Positions 1-9,960 of a stretch of DNA of 20,000 bases are shown here, one piece after another. The translations under genes and the position numbers were made by a program. The notes under the pieces are model-generated. The model did no database searches. It had not been told where the DNA came from and worked only from the letters and a program-made list of their open reading frames with translations. Positions within the stretch are counted from its first letter, which is position 1; each line of letters starts with the position of its first letter. The stretch is taken from NCBI GenBank assembly GCA_001687465.1, contig LVLI01000231.1, positions 174,745-194,744 on the forward strand, read 5' to 3'. The stretch is from Halocafeteria seosinensis (lineage: Eukaryota).

Positions 1-361
1 ACATACACCAAATATTATTTACAATGGGCTAACCACATACAATACTGAACCAAATCATACACTTTTGGAAACAGCGTAATGACTGGCCGTCATTACAACG
101 GAAGACTTCCCACGTTGAAGTACGGCGATGGTTGAACTTGGTCAACGCGGGCTGCATTATGCCTGCATACAATACGGCATAGCCTCCCTATTTTACCACC
201 ATCTGGAGGTTTGTTCATTGTCTCCGTGTGTGTATGTGCACCAAGCAGCGGACACCGCAAGAAACAAAAGACGACACTGTTTCCTTACTTTTTGTTGTGA
301 GGAACAAACTTGAAGCAGCAAAGATATCCATTTTTTGTCGGCGACGCTTTCTTCCTCTTGC

Positions 362-2301
362 ATGATGACGCTTCGGCCTACGAGTTGCACGTTTGCCGCT
401 GTGGCGCTGGCAGGCATAGTAGTCTCGTGCTGCCTTCGCGAAGTGAGCGCAAAAATCGTGAAGGGTGAGCAGCAGATATGATCCAGTACAACTCTCTGTT
501 TCGTTTATGATGCTGTTTATTGTTCATACATACTCAGGATCCGCCTCCGGAGAAACCTTCCTATATTTGACAGACTTCTGTTTTGCTGATGGGGGAAAGG
601 GTATGTGCAGGGTACAGCTTACTGAAGTGGTTTTGCAGCCGTTGCACCCCTGTTATTTCTCTGTGCAGATAATAAGGATCCAGTAGGATCGGTGCACATT
701 GAGGTGGACACACCTCAACCGAATTTATTTGTATACATGTTTAATGATTCTAAGGACAGGTATGGAATAGGCCACTTTCGATATTTCCCCCCACCAGGTG
801 GAGACTCTCTGATTTCTGACGCAGCTTCCCGGCCGCAAAGGATAAAGGATGTAACCAGGCCACAAGCCCTCAAGGAGACGATGGGCAACCTTACTACGCT
901 GATGCAACGAATATAGGGAAGAAGTCACCTTATTCGAGAGATTTTTTTGGCGTCGACGGCCCAAGATTCTGGTACTTCCTCTCAGCTGTCAAGCACTGCA
1001 ATGAGAACGTGAAGATTGATTCAATGAAAATCCATTTGAAGAACGGTAAATCGGAATTAAGCTACGACGAATTTGGTATGTCAAACTACTTATGATTCCT
1101 TTCAAGCATTCTAACCAGTGCTGACGCCCCTGTGGTGCAGGTATTCCGGGAGCTATGGCGTTCTTCGGCGTTGTGTGGATACTTGGACTCATCGTTTACA
1201 TCTGGAAACATATGCAAACGTCAACGACAGATCGATTGTTCGTTCGAGGATTTATCGGTTGTTTTTCGGTGCGGACAGTGGGACTCATTTTTCTCTCTGC
1301 TTACTGGTTGGATTACAAGGCCACCGGACTACAGGTTGGCGTGGTGGAGGACATTGGACGGCGTAAGTGTATCGCCAACTTTTCTTGTATCGGGCATTTG
1401 AAAGCAAATGCGTTGATACCTACTTGCAGTCTTCTACATTTTCTCTCATATTATGATGTGGACGACCGCGTTGACGATGTCTGAGGGTATTTTCTCCCGG
1501 GTCAAAGACATGACGTTCCGAGACTATGATGCGAGTGCTCTGGCGTTATTACTTGGTTGCGTCATCGTACTGCTGTATCTATCACTAGCTGTATGGTTTG
1601 AGTTTGGACACGCTCCATACTCTACTCGCTATGTTTACGATACTGGTATGTTGTGTCTCTGGCTGGGCATATATGAATAATAAATATCACTGACGATGCA
1701 AAGGCGATTTGTTGCAGGCATTGGCATCGCAATATCCGTGATTGTTGCCTTGTTAGGAGCAGTGTTTTTGTACCGATTACGAAAGCTCTTTGTGAGCAAG
1801 ACGTTTAACCAGAAACGGAAGGATTACTTAAAGCTGCTGGCAGTACTTATGCCGTAAGTGGAATAACAATGGCGGTAACGGATGCTGGTTCACCTGCACG
1901 TTTGCAAATTCTGCCCAGACCATGCTTTTTGATCCCTATAGCGGACATGATTGTAGGAGGGACTTCTCCCGCTTGGAGGAGGAAAAACACTGTTGCCGTG
2001 TTTGATCTACTGTTTGTTACCATAACGGGGACGCTCATTGTATTCATTACGTGGCCAAGCCACGAAATATTCGAAGAGGTAGGTTTCCACCGTACCTGGG
2101 AATAATACGTAGAGCTTTAAAGCACGATTTTTTGTATTTGTACAGGACAACGACAACGGAGTGGAAGACAACGACCAATGGCAGGAAGCCACTCAAAGGC
2201 TGGTGGAGAATGATGAAATTGATCACGATAATCTCGACGAAGAGGAGGACGGTGATGCCGTCTTCAAGGCAAACGAAGCCATCGGAGACGAGCAATTATG
2301 A
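362..2301 (+). CDS. TMEM145: GPR180/TMEM145-family (GOST, intimal-thickness-related receptor-like) 7TM protein, 465 aa, 9 exons
   Basis: Exons 362-464, 538-600, 669-759, 825-1075, 1141-1362, 1430-1645, 1718-1853, 1919-2078, 2146-2301 are joined by GT-AG introns of 65-73 nt and give one open frame of 1398 nt. A signal peptide ends at VSA-KIVKG. Family-like motifs recalled from memory: FLYLTDFCF, PRFWYF...C, IHLKNG..ELSYDEFG, YKATG, YVYDT, WRRKNTV, TWPS. Several hydrophobic helices and an acidic tail follow. The symbol is family-level only. Confidence 0.85.
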
Positions 2302-2349
2302 GTCCACAGCGCGTGTGAATTTATATTTCGTGTTACAATGCATGGAGTG

Positions 2350-3532
2350 TCAACCGGTTTGCCTTCCTTCTGTTTCTCCCGTGATTGGGTCAGCGGGGTC
2401 CCGAGAGACCTCTGATCCCTGGCTCGACAGGGAATGAACGGGATGGTCAAACGCATAATCATCTCGGGTTACGCACTGCTCATAAGGACCACTACTTTTC
2501 TGAGATTTCCTGTTGGAACGAAACCGGCGGAGTGCTCTGACTGGAGTAGTAAAAGCGTTCTTTGCTCTTTGAGCTACACGCTTGCGGAGTGGGACGTGGT
2601 CTAACTGCGGGTTCGGCGTTTGCGATGATGTCTCAGAATTAGCTTCTCCACTGGCGCTTTCGAGGTTCGTCTCAACCTGATGCAAAGACGCATTGACAAC
2701 ATCCGCGTGATCAACTTCTCCCCTTCCCGATTGTAGTGTAGCAGTATCCTCCTCTGGCCGTGGCGCAGTTGCCTGCGCCGGTCGCGAACAACTGCACGAT
2801 TTTTTCGTGTACCAGACGGTCACAGCAGCGTATGTGAGTGCAATGAAACACCATTTCCTAAGAGCCGATATAGGTTCGCGCCTGTATAAATTCTCGTCCT
2901 TATCAAGGCACATCTCCCCACTTGACCACGTTCGATGTCGAGGGCACCGAACAGGAGTGGGGGCCACTCTGGTTTCATCCAGTCGTCGGATGTCAACCCC
3001 ATACCCTAACCCTCTCAACATGAGGACTGCCAGTGATAGCGCCAGCATTGTCCTCGGTACATCCCTCGTAAGAAATTGTAACATCGAGGGAAGCACTTTT
3101 TCTTGCAATTGCTCAGTAAAATAATAGATCCTGCTTTTTTCCACGGGAACACAGTTGTTTCCTCGTTTCTGTGCTACGCATTTGTACTCGAAGCCAGGGG
3201 TAAACTCCATCCCAGGCAGGCCTCCTTTCGTTTCATACATAGTGGCTTCACGACGGCGAGGGCGCTGATGTGGAGGCGTCTGCTCAAACTGCGCACTTCT
3301 TTCACTCTGCAACGTCTCTTCATGCTGCGGTCTGCCACTGTCAACTTGATCACTAGTTTCAACTGCACACACGCCACAGACAGAGTTCAAGACGAATGAA
3401 CATGTTAATTACTCGATCGAGCTCCTACATACAGTCAGAGAATGCTCCGGACAGCCTGAGCTGCCACAGTGTGGCTTCTAGAAAGAAAAAAGCCACCGCC
3501 GCTACCGCAAGGTATCTCACAGAGACCACCAT
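2350..3532 (-). CDS. Hypothetical membrane protein, 370 aa, 2 exons
   Basis: Exon 1 (3532-3433) encodes a hydrophobic signal or anchor, MVVSVRYLAVAAVAFFFLEATLW. A 70-nt GTATGT...CAG intron (3432-3363) joins it in frame to the 346-aa ORF ending at 2350. Two further hydrophobic segments (MLALSLAVLMLRGLGYG, WCFIALTYAAVTVWY) and a disordered C-terminus follow. No family recognised. Confidence 0.7.
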
Positions 3533-3790
3533 TGCTTCCTCTCCTTCTCCACCTGAACGAGAAAACAACAGTGGACTCTCTTTCTCTTTCTCTTTAGTAT
3601 ATGTTCCTTGAAATTGTGCCACGAATGCGCTCGGAAAACAACACAAAACGCGACGTGACGTGTCCGTTCACGGCACGGCGTTCTCTAGCGCGCCGCGCGC
3701 GGAAAGATGGAGAGAAGTTGCACTTGATGGCATGGGATGGTACAACCTATTTAGTTTGAAAGAAGTCACGGTACGAATTCGTTTATTCAA

Positions 3791-4757
3791 TTAAGACATT
3801 ATCATGCGGCCGATCGCACGCCCACTTCTCACGCACATATTCTGCATGAATTGAAGCCCTCGTCGGCCACCAGGAATTGAACTGGCAGCATACCACAGGA
3901 GCACAGAGACCTGTACGGCAAGTCCTAGAATAGTAAAAATCAAACTATTCATGATAATTGATGCATAAAGCGTCAACACTGCAATAGGTGGAAACAAAAT
4001 TTAGTACACTAAAGAGTGAAAATCCCCCTGTATACTGGCACAGACTTACTTAGGGAGCCTATATAGCTCGCACTAAACCATGCACGATCAGCGGTAAATA
4101 ATCCACGCACAGTCCTCCTTGGACCATTCAATACAGCAAACGAGCTCATAAACAGAATGCTTCCCAAGGAACAGCTTAGAGCAAACTTCGATGGGACGAT
4201 AATCAAGACAGGGAGAAACAGAAATATTGCCAAACAAAACAGTACCATGCTTCCACTAAACAAGAGAAGGAATAGCTGAAAGCGCTGAGTCCTGCGAGAC
4301 ATACGACAAAGTTACAATTTCCTGTGACAAATAAAACGGCGAATATCATGCAGTGGTGGGCCACTCACCTGGACAAGCCACAGTTGTCTCCTTCTTCTTG
4401 GGACTGGCCCACGTTGGACCACATGCGCTGCAATAACGTATCCGACTCTCCACCTTCTTGAGTGTTTGCCTCGGCATCGACAGGACCTGCAGCTGTGTCC
4501 CCATTCGTGTTATGTCCTCCATTTTCAATATCAGTCTCTCCTCGTGTCCATTGGTCGAAAAACGAGCTAACTCTACTACTCGTTTGCTTCCAGGCATTCT
4601 GCGCCTTCTCTAGAGGAGTTGATTCGCTTTCAAACGTGTTTGCCATTGCCGTCGTCGCTCCTTCTCCACTTCGTTGCGTTTGCCTCTGCTCGAACCACTT
4701 GCCAAAACTTGTGTTGGCACCATTCGCCCTTCCACCTCCCGCTGTTCCATTGCTCAT
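3791..4757 (-). CDS. SFT2: Vesicle transport protein SFT2 (Got1/Sft2 family), 3 exons
   Basis: Exons 4757-4369, 4291-4050, 3978-3791, with introns of 77 and 71 nt. The spliced product reads CGLSRTQRFQLF...P.KFALSCSLGSILFMSSFAVLNGP...R...SASYIGSLMLTLYA...QVSVLLWYAASSIPGG, the four-TM Sft2 pattern, after a ~125-aa hydrophilic N-terminus. An in-frame upstream ATG at 4892 is an alternative start. Confidence 0.9.
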
Positions 4758-5222
4758 AATGCCACTGTGAGCACCTCCGAATGCGTTGTACCGCAAAATT
4801 GTTGCTGCTTCCCGTTTTCTTCCTCCGAAACCAGAGAGCAAATTTTTGCGATTCTTTGACGAAAATCGACGACTACCGAACCTATCGACCATGGGACTGC
4901 GTGTGCATGTATGTAATAACACGTCCCGGACCGGGCACACTTCTAGTTCAACTCGGGGTCGTCTCGTCTTCCCCGGCGTATACGTACACACCAAGTGGAC
5001 AAGACTACTAGTAGTACACACGTCGTGCAGTTGGATGGGGTGTTGTCATAAAGCGTGGATTGCGTTTTGCTGGAAGCAAAACGAAAATAAAGACAATATC
5101 CCTCGAAACGACGGTCAAGGGGCGCAGGAAGAGACAGTGTTAAGAGAGCTCGAAACCGTGCCTTCAAGAGCCATCATGCACATTATCGAGCTAGAACGTG
5201 AATAAGGACTCTGAGCGACGTG

Positions 5223-6292
5223 ATGCAACAGCAGCAGCGCCCGCATCACCCTCACCACGACCCATGTGCAGGGACGACGGCAAACCGCCTCTTTGGATAC
5301 TCATCCTTCCGGGAGGAGAGCGTCGTGGATCCTACAGAGACTGTTCTTACTGTTGGAGGGAATTCTTCTAGTCCAAAGAAACATGGAGGATGGATAACAA
5401 CGTACTTGAACGCCGGCCAGGAAGAAGGTGTCCAGTCAGCGACAACGACCAGCTCGTTGCTGGCACCACCTCAGGAGATGGCTGCCAAAGGCTCACCAAA
5501 CAGAAGACAAAATAACGAACTCTCAGGAGGGACTACTAACATGAGACGTCCTGGAAACCCGCATGCCTCTGAACTTGAGGGTTTCAGCCGTAAGTCTACA
5601 TTTTGGCAGCTAGAAGTATCTTCCATGTCTTTAATGCTTCCGGGTATTCTGCAGGTATTAATATCGGGAGTGTTTATTCTGGTGCTCGCACTTCTGGAAA
5701 ACGAGATAGAGAAACGGGATCTGTGCAAACAAGTTCTACCAAGGAGAGGAGGACAAATCGACAATCCCCCGACGGCACCCCTCACAGTTACTCGGTGAAC
5801 GCCCTTTACGAACCATCAGTAAAAATGTTCAAATGGAGAAGCTCATCTGTACCTAAAAACTGGACCGCTTCGACTCAGTCTCCTCCACTTCTTTCTCTAC
5901 GTAACCCAGGAAGCAATCCCTCGGAGCTGAGTCTGGGTCTGACCAAGCCAGCTGGCGTGAGACCTGCGTTTCCCGTTGATAATCCTCGCCAATCTTACGA
6001 TTCATTTTCAGAATCTCCACGCAGAAAACGTGATACCCCCGTTGGGAAAGACCCTGCTGCACAAGTGATGTCCCCCGTATCCGATAGCTCTGTAATCGGC
6101 CATGGACCTCGTGGAGATAACACGGATTCTGGAAACACCGCCGCGGACCACCCTTCTCCTCGCCGCTCAGTAAAGCGAAGGCGCGATTCCGATCGTTGTC
6201 TACGTCATCAACTTTCTCGAGTGAGTGTATCGGAGGGAGAAACATTTCCAGAAACCGAAGAAAAGAGCGGTTACCATTCTCCATTGACGTAG
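5223..6292 (+). CDS. Hypothetical intrinsically disordered S/P/R-rich protein, 334 aa, 2 exons
   Basis: ORFs 5220-5798 and 5603-6292 are joined in frame by a 65-nt GTAAGT...CAG intron (5590-5654), reading ...ELEGFS-R-INIGSV.... Low-complexity sequence with basic clusters (SPRRKR, VKRRR). Confidence 0.7.
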
Positions 6293-6567
6293 AGGGCTCC
6301 TTGTTTCGACTGTTTGGGTGGTACAGCGTTGGCACCGTATGATTAGACCGTATTAGTTTATGACATATAGTATGGAAACAGAGAAAAGAATGTGACAAAG
6401 GAGGAATGCACCGTATGTAGTAAACAATGCCTGTCTCCGCTGAAGCTGTAATGTCATGGATAGGACAATGACGCAGTAAAACATGGGACCTACAGGTGGT
6501 ACAATCTTGCAACTCCCAAGCTGTATTGTTGTGATTCATATCATGTTCATATCTGGTGTTACAATAA

Positions 6568-8993
6568 TTAGTAGGCTCCCTCGAAATCTATATCGCTCCC
6601 TCCGGGTACGCTATTGATGCCAAATCCGAACCCCGATGAACTGACATCGGGGGCAACAGCTTCATCTTCCAACTCATCATCCTCATCAAAGTACGAATTC
6701 AAAATATGCACTGCTTTTTGATATACATCTTGGTTGTCCGACGTTTCGAGAGCTTCAATCTTGGAGGCACCGTCTGCTTCCTCCAGTTTAACTGCATAGG
6801 GGTTTTGCTCAAGATGCCGTTCCTCCGATTCGACATCTCCAATTTTTAGGATGTTCTCGATTCCTTCCAAAGCCACCAGCACAATCCTTGGATCTCTCAC
6901 TGATAGGAGATTTAAGAGAGGCGGGATGCAATCGCATTGCACCAAGTAGGCTATCTGTTCTTTGTTTCCGCCGCTAGTAGCGTTGGAAATTGCCCATGCT
7001 GCTTCCTTCTTAATCTCGTATTCTTCTTGGTGCAACACAGTAACCAACGTGGGTACAATGTCAGCTTGGATTACAGCCTGAATTTGCTCGACAGTACCAG
7101 CCATCGCATTGCTGATCGTCCAACATGCTTCTTTGCAAATTGCTTTACGCTGGCAACGCATCAAGGCATGAAGAGCAGGCAGTGCATTGGCATTAATAAC
7201 TGTTTGCGTCTGTACGTCATCGCCAGTAACAATGTTTCCCACAGTCCGCAAGGCCGGAGTCACGACTGACGGATTGGGCCTGGAGAGCAATTCCACGAGA
7301 CGTTTAACAGCTCCACTTTCTACCACTGCTTGAATTTTCTCAGGTGAGCCATCACTCAGGTAACTCATTGCCCAACAGGCATCTGTCAGTACCTCGTCAT
7401 CGTTTGACCACAAAATTTGCGCCAGAGTGGGTAATGCGTGGCGCACTAGTTCAAACTTAGGCTGCGGTTTACCTCTGCGAAAAACAGTGGACGATACTAA
7501 TAGGAAATGCATCGAACAAACCCAACCAAGCACCCTACCTGCACAAATTCGAGAGAGTCCAAGTTGCGTTTCGCAGCATCGTGAGGTGGCTACTGGAAGT
7601 CTGTAAGCATTCCAGAAGCGGAGCCAAGACACCTGCGTCCGGAAAGTGCGATACATTAGTTATGTCGAAAGTTGGTGCACAAGGTAGTCCATGTCCATAC
7701 CGTATTGAAGCAACATATCGCGGAACTGGGTACAATCTCCAGCAATATTTCCGAGCGCCCACACGGATTGCTCTTTCACCTCAAAATCATGAGAGCGAAG
7801 CAGCCTGACAAAGATGGGTACAGCTCCAGAGTCGACAACTGATCTTGTATGCTCGGAGTTACCCGACGCAATGTTAGTTAACGCCCACGCCGCTTCGAAC
7901 TGTATATAGAAATTGAATAGCGGCCACCAAGATCATGAAAAACTAGAAAACGATTGACTTCACGAATGATTAGCGTACCTGTAGCTTAGTGTTCGCTTCG
8001 TACTGAAGGAACTCAACAAACTTTGGCACTACCCCAGCGTTGATCACCTCCTGTATTGGCGGATTTCTTTCTGAAATACATGAAATGCATCCATTATCCA
8101 CACAAGCAGGTACGAGGAGGATACAACCTGAACATAAAACATACCAATGGAAAGCCATTTCCTAAACTTGGTTGTCGCTTCCACTTGAACATTCTCGTCA
8201 GGGGTGTAGAGTCCTTGGGTAGCATTTCGTAGCTCGTCTTGAGTCAGTGCAGGCATAGCCTGCTTCGTATTGTTTGCATGCGGTGCATTCACCCCGTTTG
8301 CACCTCCCTGAGCAGGGTTCGAAGGAGCCATACGTCGTTTGGCCAACTGATCCTTGCGTTTCTCCTTTCTTATGCTAATCTGGTACTCTTCCCTTCTTCG
8401 GCGCCCTTCCTCTTGGTTGGGCCCTGCAGATATATACGAATTCAAAAAGGTTATAAACAAGAGCGAGCGGTTGTTTCACTCCGAAACGAAAAAATCCAAG
8501 TATTCAAAGTGAGCTTGAACAAGGCACAACGACAAAAAGAGGTTTATAGGGGGGACATGGGGGGAGCTGAAGGGGAAACCCCGTACTCCCTTGTCCTTTC
8601 GCACTCCATTGTCTCGCTTTTTCATATCCTCAATCAGACACTCTATCGCTTCTCAGGCTACTCTTGCAGCGAGGAAGCGTAACCTGCTGATACTGAACGA
8701 GGGGAATGGGGAGCCCCGGCAGCCCTCGGAACCCAGAAGAAGACAATTATGGACCGGAAAATTGATCCACGGGATATGTGTTTTATACCCCTTTACGGTC
8801 AGTCCCTTTCCATTGTCTTTAGTCCTCACTCTTTACGTCGTACACTCATGCACGTCTAGGTGCATAAAAGAGGGCCTTCGTTGCCAGAACAAGGGAGAAA
8901 AAGCAGAGGAAGGAAAGGGAATAGCTCACCTTTTTTGAGCTGGCGCTGGCGTTCCGCCAGCATATCGCTTCCAGGGTTACTCTCGTCTTGCAT
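6568..8993 (-). CDS. KPNA: Importin subunit alpha (karyopherin alpha), 534-544 aa, 6 exons
   Basis: Exons 8993 (or 8963)-8930, 8423-8145, 8070-7979, 7899-7701, 7632-7539, 7474-6568. The IBB domain reads [24 protein letters not shown]...RKEKR...LAKRR. ARM repeats include [79 protein letters not shown]. The tail is acidic and contains FGFG. Confidence 0.97.
8424..8929 (-). other. Oversized 506-nt first intron of importin alpha
   Basis: A GTGAGC donor at 8929 and a CAG acceptor ending at 8424 restore the IBB frame (KK-G-PNQEE). All other introns modelled in this window are 64-93 nt. Confidence 0.85.
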
Positions 8994-9401
8994 GATTCCA
9001 GTTTACGGATAGATAAGACTATAGACGATATTCATAGATGTATATCTACAGCGTAGTCACCTTGTTCGTGCTGTTTAAAGGTCTTGACTTCTTCTGAGGA
9101 ACTCAAAAAAGCAAAAAACGCCCTTTGATGCAATAAATATCACACCGCAACCAAATGCAACTACTTGATTAAAACGATATACACATGACACGAATATTTT
9201 TATTCAACTGGAGAATCATCCAAAGAGACAATTCAGCCTGATACCTATAGAAAAGTCTCTCGGCCCCTTCTTCAATCAGACACCAGCCTTGTCCTTCAAG
9301 CAAGCCATACACGATTATCCACTAGCTTAAGTTGGCATGATGTTTCAGAGTTGGCTATAGTTACTCTCGGTGTAGCGTGGAGGACGAACAAGGAAAAAGG
9401 T

Positions 9402-9777
9402 ATGGGTCCTCCTGGAGGTGAAGGTCCCCGTAAACCTCTGCAAATTTGGCATCGAGGAGCATGGAGGAAAGCTCCTCCACAGAAACGAGGTAAGATAATG
9501 ACGTAGTTGTGCCTGGCTGAGAGAAGAACACAGGGTAGCGAGATAAACACGTGTTTTGCGGTACAGCCGAGTTTCTATTCATGATCGGGATCGGTATTAT
9601 ATCGGGCTACATGATCTATGCCCCTGGAATGCGAGTAAGCAATGCTGGTGTACCATTTCCTGTCACTGACCCTGATAGTCACTATTGTTCTCCATCCACC
9701 TTCTGATATGCTCCCAGGAAGCAGCCAGAAAATATGAACAGGACCAAACCCATGGTGACGACAAGCCATCTAAGTGA
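9402..9777 (+). CDS. 71-aa single-pass microprotein, PIGBOS1-like, 3 exons
   Basis: Exons 9402-9489, 9567-9634, 9718-9777, with introns GTAAGA...CAG (77 nt) and GTAAGC...CAG (83 nt). Product: MGPPGGEGPRKPLQIWHRGAWRKAPPQKRAEFLFMIGIGIISGYMIYAPGMREAARKYEQDQTHGDDKPSK. Splice phases are consistent and there is one TM segment. The PIGBOS1 resemblance is from a recalled motif only. Confidence 0.75.
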
Positions 9778-9960
9778 AAGCGTTACATACGCCTCGTAAG
9801 GATTCGCTTCCAGAAGTTGCAGCCTTTGCCGTCGTACAGCGAAACAGACAAATGGAGCGAGTGATAGAAATCTCATACCAAATGCTCCTGTGGATAGCCA
9901 TTTTGGTGAACTCCGCCAGCCATGGACAGTTGAACGCCACATTGTCAGTAATTGCTGGTA

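Noticed and set aside
1..157. Possible first exon of a minus-strand gene leaving the window (ATG at 157 or 93, GTATGA donor at 60)
   Set aside because: The peptide is short and unrecognisable, and no acceptor or downstream exon is visible, so it cannot be supported.
3648..3705. CpG-rich patch (ACGCGACGTGACGTG, GCGCGCCGCGCGCGGAAA) as E2F or G-box sites
   Set aside because: Plausible promoter sequence for the gene starting at 3532, but the E2F consensus is not matched exactly and no specific factor can be assigned.
4786..5205. 139-aa + strand ORF and other ORFs between SFT2 and the gene at 5223
   Set aside because: Non-ATG starts and random composition, lying in a divergent promoter and UTR region.
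5853..6539. 228-aa minus-strand ORF
   Set aside because: Antisense shadow of the + strand disordered-protein exon and the shared 3'UTR region. It has no recognisable motifs and no room for a promoter behind the importin stop.
8424..8929. TPP riboswitch, RNase P/MRP, SRP or C/D snoRNA in the long importin intron
   Set aside because: Only isolated CTGAGA, CTGA or GGGGCTC words are present. The ordered conserved boxes of these families are missing.
9296..9942. Minus-strand ORFs 9682-9942, 9575-9769, 9361-9582 and 9296-9550 as a gene downstream of bL17m
   Set aside because: No coherent splice model. The first ATG is only 18 nt from the bL17m stop, and the region is better explained by the + strand three-exon microprotein.
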